This document shows positions 37,086 through 45,702 of a stretch of DNA of 51,331 bases, piece by piece. The notes beneath the pieces are model-generated. The model worked only from the letters and a program-made list of their open reading frames with translations, was not told the DNA's origin and made no database searches. A program made the position numbers and the translations under genes. The stretch is from a virus (lineage: Duplodnaviria > Caudoviricetes): positions 1 to 51,331 of IMG/VR virus record IMGVR_UViG_3300010206_000020; one strand, given 5' to 3'. Position 1 is the first letter of the stretch. Every line of letters begins with the position of its first letter.

Positions 37086-37453
37086 GTCGCCCCTCGACGC
37101 TTTTGAACGGATCGGTGTTCCGGCGTGGCCCCTGGCGGCAGCAGCACGTAGCCGCCGCGCGCGACGTCGATCGTGATGTCGTCGGGTTCGAGCAGCTTGC
37201 GCAGGTGCCAGACGTGAACGCCTACAGCCTTGTCGCCCGATTTCGGCACCGCCGTCGCGCCGTACAGGCCGAGCATCGCGGCCTTCGCGGGGAGCGACTT
37301 CGGGTAGGCCGCGACGAGCAGCGAGTACAGTTCGATGCACTTCGGCTTGGCGCGTACCAACCCTCGCCGGAGCGCGATCGTGTTCGTGTTGAGATCGTAA
37401 GCCGGCCATCGCCCCGTAATCTCGCCGCCGCAGAGCGGGCAGCAGGCGCTCAC
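37082..37453 (-). CDS. Stand-alone OmpR/CtrA-type winged-helix DNA-binding protein
   Basis: AMLGLYG......KAVGVHVWHLRKLL....IDVARGGYVL; N-terminal CPLCG. Confidence 0.7.
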   Translation of the reverse strand: MSACCPLCGGEITGRWPAYDLNTNTIALRRGLVRAKPKCIELYSLLVAAYPKSLPAKAAMLGLYGATAVPKSGDKAVGVHVWHLRKLLEPDDITIDVARGGYVLLPPGATPEHRSVQKRRGAT

Positions 37454-37890
37454 GCCGCCCTCGTGCCGAGGAATGACGGCAGCGGCAGGTGGTCGGCCTC
37501 GATCTCGTCAGGTTTCAACACGTCGCCGGTCGCCAGGGTGATACGCTCTGGCGTCGTGCTCGGTATCCAGCCTTCGGCGGTCTGAACGGCGCCCTGCGGC
37601 AGGTCGGCGATCATCTTTCTGGTGACCGCCGAGACCATCGTGGTGAATACGTCCTGGCGCGTCGCGCGCAGCATGTCGAGCGCCTTCGTGGCGACGGCTT
37701 CGCACATCTCGCGCGAGTTGGTCGCGAACGCCAGCAGCTCGGCGTTCTTCGCCATAAGCGCCGTGTTCTCGCTGCGCAGCAGTTCGTTGTCGCCCCTCAA
37801 GGCGTCGATGGTCGCGCGCAGCGAGGTCAGTTCAGCCTTGGCGGCTTCGTGGTCCTGTTCAAGATCGGCGACTTGTGTAGCGAGCGGCAT
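37450..37890 (-). CDS. Coiled-coil protein
   Basis: Heptad-like N-terminal half; GGAG RBS. Confidence 0.6.
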   Translation of the reverse strand: MPLATQVADLEQDHEAAKAELTSLRATIDALRGDNELLRSENTALMAKNAELLAFATNSREMCEAVATKALDMLRATRQDVFTTMVSAVTRKMIADLPQGAVQTAEGWIPSTTPERITLATGDVLKPDEIEADHLPLPSFLGTRAA

Positions 37891-37893
37891 AGG

Positions 37894-38448
37894 TCAGTTC
37901 TCCGGTTGCGGGGCGGGTTCGAAGCTCACGACTTCGTAACTGTTGTCGTCGTTGCGCCGCAGCGTCAGCGTGAACGCCTCGGCCTTATTGTGCACGATGG
38001 CGCGGTCGAGGCGAATACATCGCGTCGAGATCACGGGGTTGCGCAGCGGCCGTTTCAGATAGAACTGGTTGACGCCGCCCTTGCGCAGGTGTGCCATCAG
38101 GTCGCGCGAGAAGACGCCAGCGCCGTGGGCTTCGCGCAGCGCCGTGGCGTAGCGGTGAATGTTCGCCGTGTGCTCCTCGCCGAAGAACACGTAGCGGCAC
38201 ACGCGCTGATAGGCGTCGCTGCCGCGCTCGACATACTGCCGGTTCTTGCCGCCTCGCGGCAGCTCGGCGATCAGCCGGCCGAGCGCCAGATCCTGCTCGG
38301 CGTCGGCCAGGCAAAGCTCGGAAGCCTGCATCGCCAGCACCAGAGCGCGGTACAGTTCGGCGTTGTGGCCGCGCTTGCGCATTGGCATCAAGGCGCGCGC
38401 CGCGCTGATTACTTCAATAACGCTGGCGCGTTCGGGGCGGGCGAGCAT
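37894..38448 (-). CDS. Hypothetical protein
   Basis: 184-aa ORF with GAGG RBS in the operon. Confidence 0.6.
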   Translation of the reverse strand: MLARPERASVIEVISAARALMPMRKRGHNAELYRALVLAMQASELCLADAEQDLALGRLIAELPRGGKNRQYVERGSDAYQRVCRYVFFGEEHTANIHRYATALREAHGAGVFSRDLMAHLRKGGVNQFYLKRPLRNPVISTRCIRLDRAIVHNKAEAFTLTLRRNDDNSYEVVSFEPAPQPEN

Positions 38449-38597
38449 GACGGTGTGGCCTCAATCCGGTTCAGTTCGATCCGCCGTTCGAACTCGGCGG
38501 TTACCGCGTCGAGCGTCAGGTTCGCGTCGTCGCGGGCGTGCGCACGGACGCGGCTTCTCAGCTGCATCAGCAAAAGGATTTCGGTGTTGGTGAGCAC
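38409..38597 (-). CDS. Hypothetical protein
   Basis: GTG at 38597; fills the operon gap. Confidence 0.4.
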   Translation of the reverse strand: MLTNTEILLLMQLRSRVRAHARDDANLTLDAVTAEFERRIELNRIEATPSCSPAPNAPALLK

Positions 38598-38601
38598 GGC
38601 G

Positions 38602-38964
38602 TCACCGGGAGATTTTACGCGGCGTGGTGTTGAACCGCACGCTGCTCTTGATCCAGCCTTTGGCCTTTGCCGTCGCAACGGCGATCCCGATCAGCGCCAG
38701 AACCTGCGCGGATGTACGCCGGACGCTGGGCGCGTAGTTGCGCCCCGCCGAAACCCAATGCCTTCGGGCTTCTTTGAGCGTCATATACTGACAGCCGGCA
38801 CGAACCATCGGCTCGCGCTCATCGCGGTTTTTCTGCAGCCGGATCGCGTAGCCGCGCTCGTCGTAGCCGGCAAGGATTGACCAGCTATGGCCGAGGTTAG
38901 TTATGCCGGCGTTCAACAGATGTTTGTCGTAGCCGTTCTCGGGTGAAAAAGTGTCGCGCGCCAT
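38602..38964 (-). CDS. Hypothetical protein
   Basis: AAGGA RBS; VRAGCQYMTLKEARRHW motif. Confidence 0.65.
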   Translation of the reverse strand: MARDTFSPENGYDKHLLNAGITNLGHSWSILAGYDERGYAIRLQKNRDEREPMVRAGCQYMTLKEARRHWVSAGRNYAPSVRRTSAQVLALIGIAVATAKAKGWIKSSVRFNTTPRKISR

Positions 38965-38980
38965 GACGGTGGGTGTCCTT

Positions 38981-39205
38981 TCAGTCGAATATGCTGCTCG
39001 CAGCGGGGGGCGGTGAAGGTTGCTCGGCTTCCGGCGGTGACGGGAAAGCCGCTTCGATCGCGTCGTGCTCGGTGGCGCCGGTAAACACGAACGTCTCGCC
39101 GCCGTGCAGGATTTCCAACGTCAGGTGCCCGCCGGGCGTGTAGGCGTACAGCGCCAGGCCCAGCTCGGGCCGCGCCGCGCGCAGGTCATCCAAAGATCGA
39201 CGCAT
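38981..39205 (-). CDS. Hypothetical protein ending SIFD
   Basis: Compact beta domain, Pro-rich linker, terminal SSIFD. Confidence 0.65.
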   Translation of the reverse strand: MRRSLDDLRAARPELGLALYAYTPGGHLTLEILHGGETFVFTGATEHDAIEAAFPSPPEAEQPSPPPAASSIFD

Positions 39206-39386
39206 CGGCGTTTGCTTTCTTGGGTTGCCTTCCGAGCGCTTCGCGCAGCAGCTGGTCGATCGTGCGCGCGAGCGAGCTGTTGTCGACTGCGCAGCGGCGG
39301 TCGAGCTTCGCGCGCAGGTCGTTAGCCAGCCAGATTGAGGTCCGGGTTTTGGTCGGCGGGACAGCCGCCTTCTTTCTCGCGCCCAA
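39186..39386 (-). CDS. Ribbon-helix-helix (CopG/Arc-like) regulator ending SIFG
   Basis: RTSIWLANDLRAKLD......SLARTIDQLLREAL; GGGAG RBS before TTG. Confidence 0.7.
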   Translation of the reverse strand: MGARKKAAVPPTKTRTSIWLANDLRAKLDRRCAVDNSSLARTIDQLLREALGRQPKKANADASIFG

Positions 39387-39416
39387 AGTAGAAGCTCCCT
39401 AGTTGAGGCATGTACG

Positions 39417-39445
39417 TTTGTATGTCACTCGTATGCCATTGTCAA
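39417..39445 (-). promoter_or_regulatory. Promoter with operator-like motif
   Basis: Minus strand TTGACA-N17-TACAAA containing ACGAGTGACATAC. Confidence 0.65.
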
Positions 39446-39454
39446 GTGACGATC

Positions 39455-41722
39455 TCAGTCCTTGCGGTAGCGTTTGCCGATAAAGCCGCTCGCGGTGAGC
39501 GGTAGGCCCTCCGCCCACGCCGGAAGCTGGCAAATCAGGTCGGTGAAGAAACGGAGATCGGCCTGCCCGCGCGGCAGCTCGGCGATCAGTTCGTCGTGGA
39601 CGTGGCCGACGATCGGGTAGTTGTTCGCCTCGGCGAGCTTGATCCCTTCCGCCAGCAAATCGCGCGCGATCGCCTGTACGATGTTCTCGAACGCGAGCCC
39701 GCCATACAGCGCGAAGCGCACGTATTTCCGCGTCACGCTATCGACGCCGAGCGCCGTCGCGGACGGCTTCGCCTTGCTCTCGATCTTCGCCAGGCCCGCG
39801 CGTTCAAGATGCTCTGCGGTGGTCCGCAGCATCACCTCGGCGGTGTCCTCGCCTTTGCGTTTCGCCCACACCTGTTCCGACAGCCGCGGCTTGCCGTAGG
39901 CCAGGCAGCGGCCGGACGGCAGGCGGCACCACAGGAAGCTGCGCGCGACCAGATAGGTGCATTTCATCACCTGAACCTTGGCGCCCGGGTTCTCGATCGC
40001 CTCTCGAATGCCGTCCTGCAGCGCCGGCCATGCCCCGGTGATCGCCGGGTGCGTCGCGCGCCAGCCGATCTTGACCAGCTCAGCGGCCAGCCAGGCCTTG
40101 CGTGAGAGCTGCAGTGTCGTCGCCTCGCCGCGCTTCAAGCACTGCTCGTATCGCCGCTCAGCGGCCGCCCTGCGCTCGTCGCTCGCGGCGGACCAAACCG
40201 GGTCATAGACGGGCTCGATCTTTAGGCTGTAGTTCCGCGCCATCGATCGGAAAGCGCCGACGCCGCCCTGGTATTGCAGCGACAGCTCGGACACCTTGCC
40301 AACCTGGCGCCGCGGGTCCTTTTTGTTCAGCAGCTCCGTCGTGGTGTCGAAAATGCCGGCGGCGGCGCGGCGGTACAGGTCGGGCAGGTTCGGGTCGGCG
40401 ATCAGGTCGAACATCGCCTGAACCTTCCAATCCTCATTCGCAAACCACGCCGCGACCGCGCCCTCGATCCCCGAATAGTCCGCGGCGATCAGCTCGTGGC
40501 CAGGCGCCGCCCAAATGAACGAGCGCAGAGCGTCGGCGATCAGGTGCAGCGGCTTGCCCAGCTCGTCGCCGTAGCAGAAGCGCAGGTAGGTCGGATCGGC
40601 GAAGCTGAACGCCTCGAACAGTGCTTCAAGGTTCAGCGCGTGCTTTTCGACGAGGTCGCCGTAAACCTTGCGCGGCCGTGGCAGGTTGTGCATCTGCGCG
40701 CCGATTGAGGACCAGCGGCCGGGGCCAGCGGCGTGGTACAAGAACGCGCCTCGGACGCGGCCGCCTGCGCCGGCGCGCGCCAGGAAGGCTTTCAGTTTGG
40801 AGACGCTGCTTTTGGCCGCGGTCTGGCGCAGTTCGAGCACGCGGCGGACGTGAGCCGGCAAATCTTCGGCCTCTAGCAGCTCCTCAATTTCGGCCTTCGC
40901 CGTGCTCGGGATCGGGACGCCCTGCCCCGTCACCCAATCACGGATTTTCGTCACCTGCGAACAGGCCGTAACCTTGCCGCCGGTCGCCGCGTGCATTTCC
41001 AGATCAAGCAGCGCCTTCGCGCGCTCGGCGATCAGCAGCGCGGCGCGAGCCGAACGAACATCGATCCGCAGACCGCGATCGTTGATGCGCTGGTCGATCT
41101 GATAGATTTCTTGTTCGGCGGCTGACAGCGGCACCATGCGCGCCGCGGCGCCCGCCTCGGCTTCCACGTCGTCGTCGCAGTAGTCGTGAAACTCCTCGAA
41201 TTTGTCCGGGTAGTCCTCGGGCTCGTTGAAATACAGCCCCGGCGGTTCGCCCTTTTTGGGCCGTCGCGGCACGGAGAAAAACCGGATCAGCGCCGAGCCG
41301 GATTTGTTCTTTTTCACGGGCAGATCGAGCGCGGCGCCGAGCCCGTCGAGATCGCGCGGCAGGCTCATGGCGGCGGCCGTCGCCGCGGTGCAAACGAACT
41401 GCTCGTTGCTCACCTCGGGCCAGCCGCAGCGCGGCGCCAGGACCATCTGCCACAGCAGCCGTTCGAAGCTGGCGTTGTGCGCCAGGATCAGCCCGCCGGC
41501 GCGGACATGCGCGGCGATATCGGCCGGGCACGGATCGGTGTAGCGCCAGCGCCGGCGCGGGCCACCGTTGATCTTGTAGCTGGCGAGCAGCGCCTTTGTG
41601 TGCGGCGACGCCATGTATAGATACGCGCCCGCCGTCTTGATATTGACGTCGCTGCGCGTTTCGAAATCGATTTCGAGCTGTGGCAGTGGCGGGCCGCCGT
41701 TGTGGCCGATCGGCGCGTTCAT
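39455..41722 (-). CDS. Phage DNA polymerase, family A, with 3'-5' exonuclease
   Basis: Exo motifs DFET, AHNASFE, YCDDDV; polymerase motifs ADYSGIE, RQVGKVSELSLQY, HVHDE. Confidence 0.95.
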   Translation of the reverse strand: MNAPIGHNGGPPLPQLEIDFETRSDVNIKTAGAYLYMASPHTKALLASYKINGGPRRRWRYTDPCPADIAAHVRAGGLILAHNASFERLLWQMVLAPRCGWPEVSNEQFVCTAATAAAMSLPRDLDGLGAALDLPVKKNKSGSALIRFFSVPRRPKKGEPPGLYFNEPEDYPDKFEEFHDYCDDDVEAEAGAAARMVPLSAAEQEIYQIDQRINDRGLRIDVRSARAALLIAERAKALLDLEMHAATGGKVTACSQVTKIRDWVTGQGVPIPSTAKAEIEELLEAEDLPAHVRRVLELRQTAAKSSVSKLKAFLARAGAGGRVRGAFLYHAAGPGRWSSIGAQMHNLPRPRKVYGDLVEKHALNLEALFEAFSFADPTYLRFCYGDELGKPLHLIADALRSFIWAAPGHELIAADYSGIEGAVAAWFANEDWKVQAMFDLIADPNLPDLYRRAAAGIFDTTTELLNKKDPRRQVGKVSELSLQYQGGVGAFRSMARNYSLKIEPVYDPVWSAASDERRAAAERRYEQCLKRGEATTLQLSRKAWLAAELVKIGWRATHPAITGAWPALQDGIREAIENPGAKVQVMKCTYLVARSFLWCRLPSGRCLAYGKPRLSEQVWAKRKGEDTAEVMLRTTAEHLERAGLAKIESKAKPSATALGVDSVTRKYVRFALYGGLAFENIVQAIARDLLAEGIKLAEANNYPIVGHVHDELIAELPRGQADLRFFTDLICQLPAWAEGLPLTASGFIGKRYRKD

Positions 41723-42063
41723 GCGAAGATCCCCGGCTCGACGCCGAGCGTGGCCACAGTGCCCGGTGCGAGCCGTAGCGTGCCGCTCGCGAAGCCGTCG
41801 AGGAGAGCGGCAACGACGGCCGCGCGCGGGTCGCGGCACTTCACGAGCCGCTTATGCCAACTGTGCAGTAGCAGCGCCCCTTTGTCGTGGTTGCAGCGGT
41901 AACAGCACATGACGACGCGGCGGCCTTTCAACCGGCGCGGCACGATATGGTCGCGGGTCGGCGCCAGCGGCTGGCACTTAAACCCGGTCATCGGCGCGCT
42001 GCAGTAAATGCAAGGGAGACCGCGGGCGAGATCGACGCGGTTGCGGGCGCTGCGGCCGGTCAC
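41719..42063 (-). CDS. HNH endonuclease (CxxC type) ending GIFA
   Basis: CIYC...TRDHIVPR......CCYRCNHDKG. Confidence 0.85.
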   Translation of the reverse strand: MTGRSARNRVDLARGLPCIYCSAPMTGFKCQPLAPTRDHIVPRRLKGRRVVMCCYRCNHDKGALLLHSWHKRLVKCRDPRAAVVAALLDGFASGTLRLAPGTVATLGVEPGIFA

Positions 42064-42464
42064 AGCATCGCCTCTTGCACCGCCGCAGCGGCGCCGTAGT
42101 AATTCGCCCGGTTCTCCGCCGCCGTCGCCCAGCGCAGGTTTTCGCGCCGGCAGTTCAAACTTTCGCCGTCTCGGTGATCGCCGATCGTGTGGCGCGGGCT
42201 CGGCTGGATTACGTGAGCGCGATGCAGAATTTCTTTGTGCAGAAACAGCCTCGTCTGAGGTCCCGCGCGGCCGCTGAGCCTGGTCGAGCGCGTCGCATAG
42301 GCCTTGCGCCCGTGCTTGTCGAACGTCACCGACCAGGCCCACTGCAGCGCCCACGCGTAGTCGATCATGTCGACGACGGCATAAATGCCCTCGTCGACAT
42401 TTAGCCAGATCCTGCCCGTCTCCGGCGGAGCCGGCCAGGTATTCGGGTCGAGGAAGTCAATCAC
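42060..42464 (-). CDS. HNH endonuclease (HNH_3-like)
   Basis: LFLHKEI...GDHRDGESLNCRRENLRWATAAEN. Confidence 0.85.
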   Translation of the reverse strand: MIDFLDPNTWPAPPETGRIWLNVDEGIYAVVDMIDYAWALQWAWSVTFDKHGRKAYATRSTRLSGRAGPQTRLFLHKEILHRAHVIQPSPRHTIGDHRDGESLNCRRENLRWATAAENRANYYGAAAAVQEAML

Positions 42465-42823
42465 CCGAAAATGCCCCCGTCGTCCGGGAGGGCGCTTTCG
42501 AATGGCTGATCAAGCTCGAAATTGCGATCGTCCTCGGCCATCGCGTCGGCGATCGCCGCGTCGGCGTAGTCCGTCTCGCTGCGCGCCATGCGCGCCGCCG
42601 GCGGCACACCCGAGGCCTCGTCGATCGCTTCGACGTAGTCCATATCGAGGACTTTCCGAATTGCTTCGCTCGGCGTCGTGCCGCGCTGCACCCGCCAGCT
42701 GTTCTTTGCGCCGGTCTGCATATTGGCCTGGTAATGATCCGTGCATTTCCAGAGCGTGAAGCCATGCAGGGCGCCGGTGGCGGCCAGCTCGTCGAGCCGC
42801 GCTACGATGCTGTCCGCGCTCAT
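42461..42823 (-). CDS. Hypothetical protein with acidic tail ending GIFG
   Basis: Coupled at both ends. Confidence 0.65.
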   Translation of the reverse strand: MSADSIVARLDELAATGALHGFTLWKCTDHYQANMQTGAKNSWRVQRGTTPSEAIRKVLDMDYVEAIDEASGVPPAARMARSETDYADAAIADAMAEDDRNFELDQPFESALPDDGGIFG

Positions 42824-43125
42824 CCGAACACCCCCATGCCGAGCGCGTGGCAGTAGGTTTCGAGGATCGCCTGTTCTTCGGCGAGCTTGTTCTGGTCGGC
42901 AGCGCGTATCCGGACGATCGCGCGCAACGCCTTGACGTCGTAGCCGTTGCCTTTCGCTTCGGCGTACACGTCCTTGATATCTTCGCCGATCGTCGACTTT
43001 TCATCTTCAAGCCGCTCGATCCGTTCGATGATCGCCTTGAGCTGATCCTTGGCGAATTTCGTCGCGACTTGTTCCGGGCCGCTGTTGTCTCCCGCCACGG
43101 CGCGCGGGTTCTCTGCTTTTGCCAT
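42820..43125 (-). CDS. gapR: GapR-like (DUF2312) DNA-binding protein
   Basis: [41 protein letters not shown]. Confidence 0.92.
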   Translation of the reverse strand: MAKAENPRAVAGDNSGPEQVATKFAKDQLKAIIERIERLEDEKSTIGEDIKDVYAEAKGNGYDVKALRAIVRIRAADQNKLAEEQAILETYCHALGMGVFG

Positions 43126-43151
43126 CTTGACGTTCTCCGGTGGTGCGGTGT

Positions 43152-43182
43152 GGCGCCGGCGGGCGGTATTGCCCGCCGGTGT
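43152..43182. terminator. Hairpin after the SSB gene
   Basis: CCGGCGGGC-GGTATT-GCCCGCCGG; no U-tract. Confidence 0.35.
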
Positions 43183-43202
43183 CGTGCGTTATTTGATACA
43201 CT

Positions 43203-43823
43203 CTAGCCGAACAGGCCGCCGGCGCCGGCGCCGGCCTTCGTGCTGTCCGGCGCGTCGCCCTCGTCCGGAATGGTCTCGGCCCATTTGTCGACGTCGACCC
43301 CGCCCCCGCCGCCGAGACGGTCGCCGCGCTCCGCCGATTGGAACATGGAGATCCCGAACGTCAGGCCCTTGCCCTTCTTCGGGTTGTCCCAAGTGAAGCA
43401 GTGCAGCACGCCGTAGCCGTAGCAGCCGCTCCACAGCTTCGACTTGTCGGTGATCAGCACCTTCTGCCGGTCGACCAGCGCGGGCCGATAGTCAGCCCCC
43501 GACTTGACGCGAATGAAGTTGTGACCCGGGAAGCCGGCGTGCGGTTCGCCCGTCTTCTTCGACTTGCCTTGCGGGCCGTCGCCGTCGAGGAACGGGCTGT
43601 GGATGATCTTATCCTTGATCATCTGCAGCGCCTTGTCGCCCCACTCCGCCTTCGCGGCTTCGACGGCCGCCTTTTCGTAGGGCGCCAGGCTTTCCGTCTT
43701 CGGGATCAGCAGCGAACACGTCCAGTTCTTGTTGCCCCACTCGTCCTCCTGCAGCTCGAACAGGCCGTTGACGAACGCCGCGCGCACCAGTCCAGTCTTA
43801 AAATCTTCCGATCTCGATCCCAT
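43203..43823 (-). CDS. Phage ssDNA-binding protein (DUF2815 / gp2.5-like)
   Basis: WTCSLLIPK, PFLDGD, WSGCYG, KGLTFGI..FQ...GDRLGG; acidic tail ending GLFG. Confidence 0.85.
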   Translation of the reverse strand: MGSRSEDFKTGLVRAAFVNGLFELQEDEWGNKNWTCSLLIPKTESLAPYEKAAVEAAKAEWGDKALQMIKDKIIHSPFLDGDGPQGKSKKTGEPHAGFPGHNFIRVKSGADYRPALVDRQKVLITDKSKLWSGCYGYGVLHCFTWDNPKKGKGLTFGISMFQSAERGDRLGGGGGVDVDKWAETIPDEGDAPDSTKAGAGAGGLFG

Positions 43824-43827
43824 GCTG

Positions 43828-45105
43828 TCAGTCCTTCAATTCTTCAAAAAAGCGATCCACGGCAGGCCGGATGGCCTCCCGCGTCGTCTTGTCGGCGCGA
43901 ACAAGGTTCGTGCCCTTAGCGGGCGTGGTCGATAGACCAGCCACCAAGCTCTCAAATTTCTTGCCGAGTTCCTTCTGGATCTGTTTCGGCGTCCTCAACT
44001 TCGCCGGGTTCAGATACTGCTCGGGTTTCAAGCCCGCGGCGCTGCAGGCGTAGCGCACGTCAGCGTCGACGCCGTCGATGAACACCTCGCGGCCTTCCTT
44101 CGGCACAACGATGTAGTTCGGGATCTCGACGCCGCTCTCGGCGAGCTGGTGAGCGCGAGCGCGGCGCGCATTGCACCAGTCTTGGATCATGTCGAGCACG
44201 TCGAGATCCCGCGCCAGCGCCTCGGGCGTATCATCTTCCGGCGTGTTGCTGATCCGCGGCTGGTCGAGGTCGTCGAACCATACTCGGGCCGCGTCGAGCG
44301 CCTCTTGCTTGAGCTTCGGGCAGCTTCCCTCTGACGGGCAGAATTTGCAGTTGCCCGGGGTCAACCACTTCGCCCACCAGGCGGCGAACGGCATCGTTGT
44401 CATTTCGTCGAGCGCCAGTTTCGACAGCGCCATGCGGTCGAGCAGTTCGGTCGTCCAATCGATCAGGTCGCCGACGTGGAAACTGTCGTCGCGGGTCCGA
44501 CCTTTCTTGTGCGGCGCCCGCGGTTGAACGATCGTCACCTGAACATTCTCGATCGCACGGCCGGGGTTTGCCAGCATGGCGCCGAGCCCGTAGGTGCGGA
44601 GCTGCTTGTTGTCGGCCGCCTCGACGACGCCGCGGCCGGCTTTCAGGTCGACAACTTCCAAGAGCTGCCGAGCCGGGAAATAGATCACGGTGTCGCCGGT
44701 GCCGCCGGCGTCGAACGGCGTGTTGAGCGCGTTCAGGGAAAAGTGCTGCTCGTAAACGACAACGGCCGGCGCCTCGGGGTGCTCGGCGTTGTAGTCGGCG
44801 ATCCGCTTGCGGACGTAGTCGACATACACCTGCGCCGTCTCGGCCATTTCCTCGTCGACTTCGACCGTGCGCTCTTTGGTGCGCTCGAACGTGCCGATAA
44901 ATTCGTCAGCGTCGCGGTTGCTGAAAAAGCACTTCTCGCTGAGCTGGTGGCAAGCGGTACCCCACGCCGACGCTTCGCTCTCGCGCTCCGGCAAGGTCAT
45001 TCGGCTGTTGAGCGCGATGGCGCCCGAGCAGTTCCAATTTCGTGCGGTCGAGCTGGCCGACCACGTAGCGTGGTCGCGTGCTCCGTGATCGGCCGACTTC
45101 GTCAT
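43828..45105 (-). CDS. DUF2800 PD-(D/E)xK (Cas4-like) nuclease
   Basis: HATWSAS, GTACH, GGTGD, VVDLKAGRG, QLRTYGLGA, IVQPR, CKFCP....C. Confidence 0.88.
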   Translation of the reverse strand: MTKSADHGARDHATWSASSTARNWNCSGAIALNSRMTLPERESEASAWGTACHQLSEKCFFSNRDADEFIGTFERTKERTVEVDEEMAETAQVYVDYVRKRIADYNAEHPEAPAVVVYEQHFSLNALNTPFDAGGTGDTVIYFPARQLLEVVDLKAGRGVVEAADNKQLRTYGLGAMLANPGRAIENVQVTIVQPRAPHKKGRTRDDSFHVGDLIDWTTELLDRMALSKLALDEMTTMPFAAWWAKWLTPGNCKFCPSEGSCPKLKQEALDAARVWFDDLDQPRISNTPEDDTPEALARDLDVLDMIQDWCNARRARAHQLAESGVEIPNYIVVPKEGREVFIDGVDADVRYACSAAGLKPEQYLNPAKLRTPKQIQKELGKKFESLVAGLSTTPAKGTNLVRADKTTREAIRPAVDRFFEELKD

Positions 45106-45126
45106 TTGCTACGGTCCTTTGCAGTG

Positions 45127-45702
45127 TTACTTGCCGGTGACGGCGCGGGCGATCTGAACGATGGCCTTCATTTCGGCCATCTTCTCGGGCGAAATCTCGC
45201 CGGTCATTTCGCGCTTGTTCGAGTTCTTCTCGAACCCCACAGCGACGCCGATCACCGCCTTGGCGAGCGCGGTCTGATCTTCCGGGAGGGCGCTGATCAT
45301 CTTGGCGCCGATGAACGCGGCGCCGTCGGCTTGGGCGGCGTCCATGCCGTAGGCCTGCGCGTAGCCGCTCATCATTTTCTTGACGTCGTCGTGCGTCAGC
45401 TTCGCCGGCTCGGCCGCCTTCTCCTTCGCGGTGTCGGCGGCTTCGTCGGCGGCGTCCTGCGCGACCGCGTCCGTGCGCTCCTCGCCGGTCGAAATCGCCT
45501 GGCCGGTTTCGGCGGTCGCTCTGGTCGCGCGGCGCCCGCGCGCGGACTTGTCCGTCTCGGGCGTGGCGTTCGCCGCGCCGGCGCCAGGCGCGGTCTGCGC
45601 CGCAGCGCTGGCGCGATTGGCGAAGGTGCCAGCGAGCAGCGCTTGCATTTCCAAGTGCAGCTCGGCCACCGTGTCGGTGGTGAAGTTGACAATAACGGTC
45701 AT
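45127..45702 (-). CDS. Ala-rich hypothetical protein of the replication module
   Basis: ATG at 45702 overlaps the helicase stop. Confidence 0.7.
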   Translation of the reverse strand: MTVIVNFTTDTVAELHLEMQALLAGTFANRASAAAQTAPGAGAANATPETDKSARGRRATRATAETGQAISTGEERTDAVAQDAADEAADTAKEKAAEPAKLTHDDVKKMMSGYAQAYGMDAAQADGAAFIGAKMISALPEDQTALAKAVIGVAVGFEKNSNKREMTGEISPEKMAEMKAIVQIARAVTGK

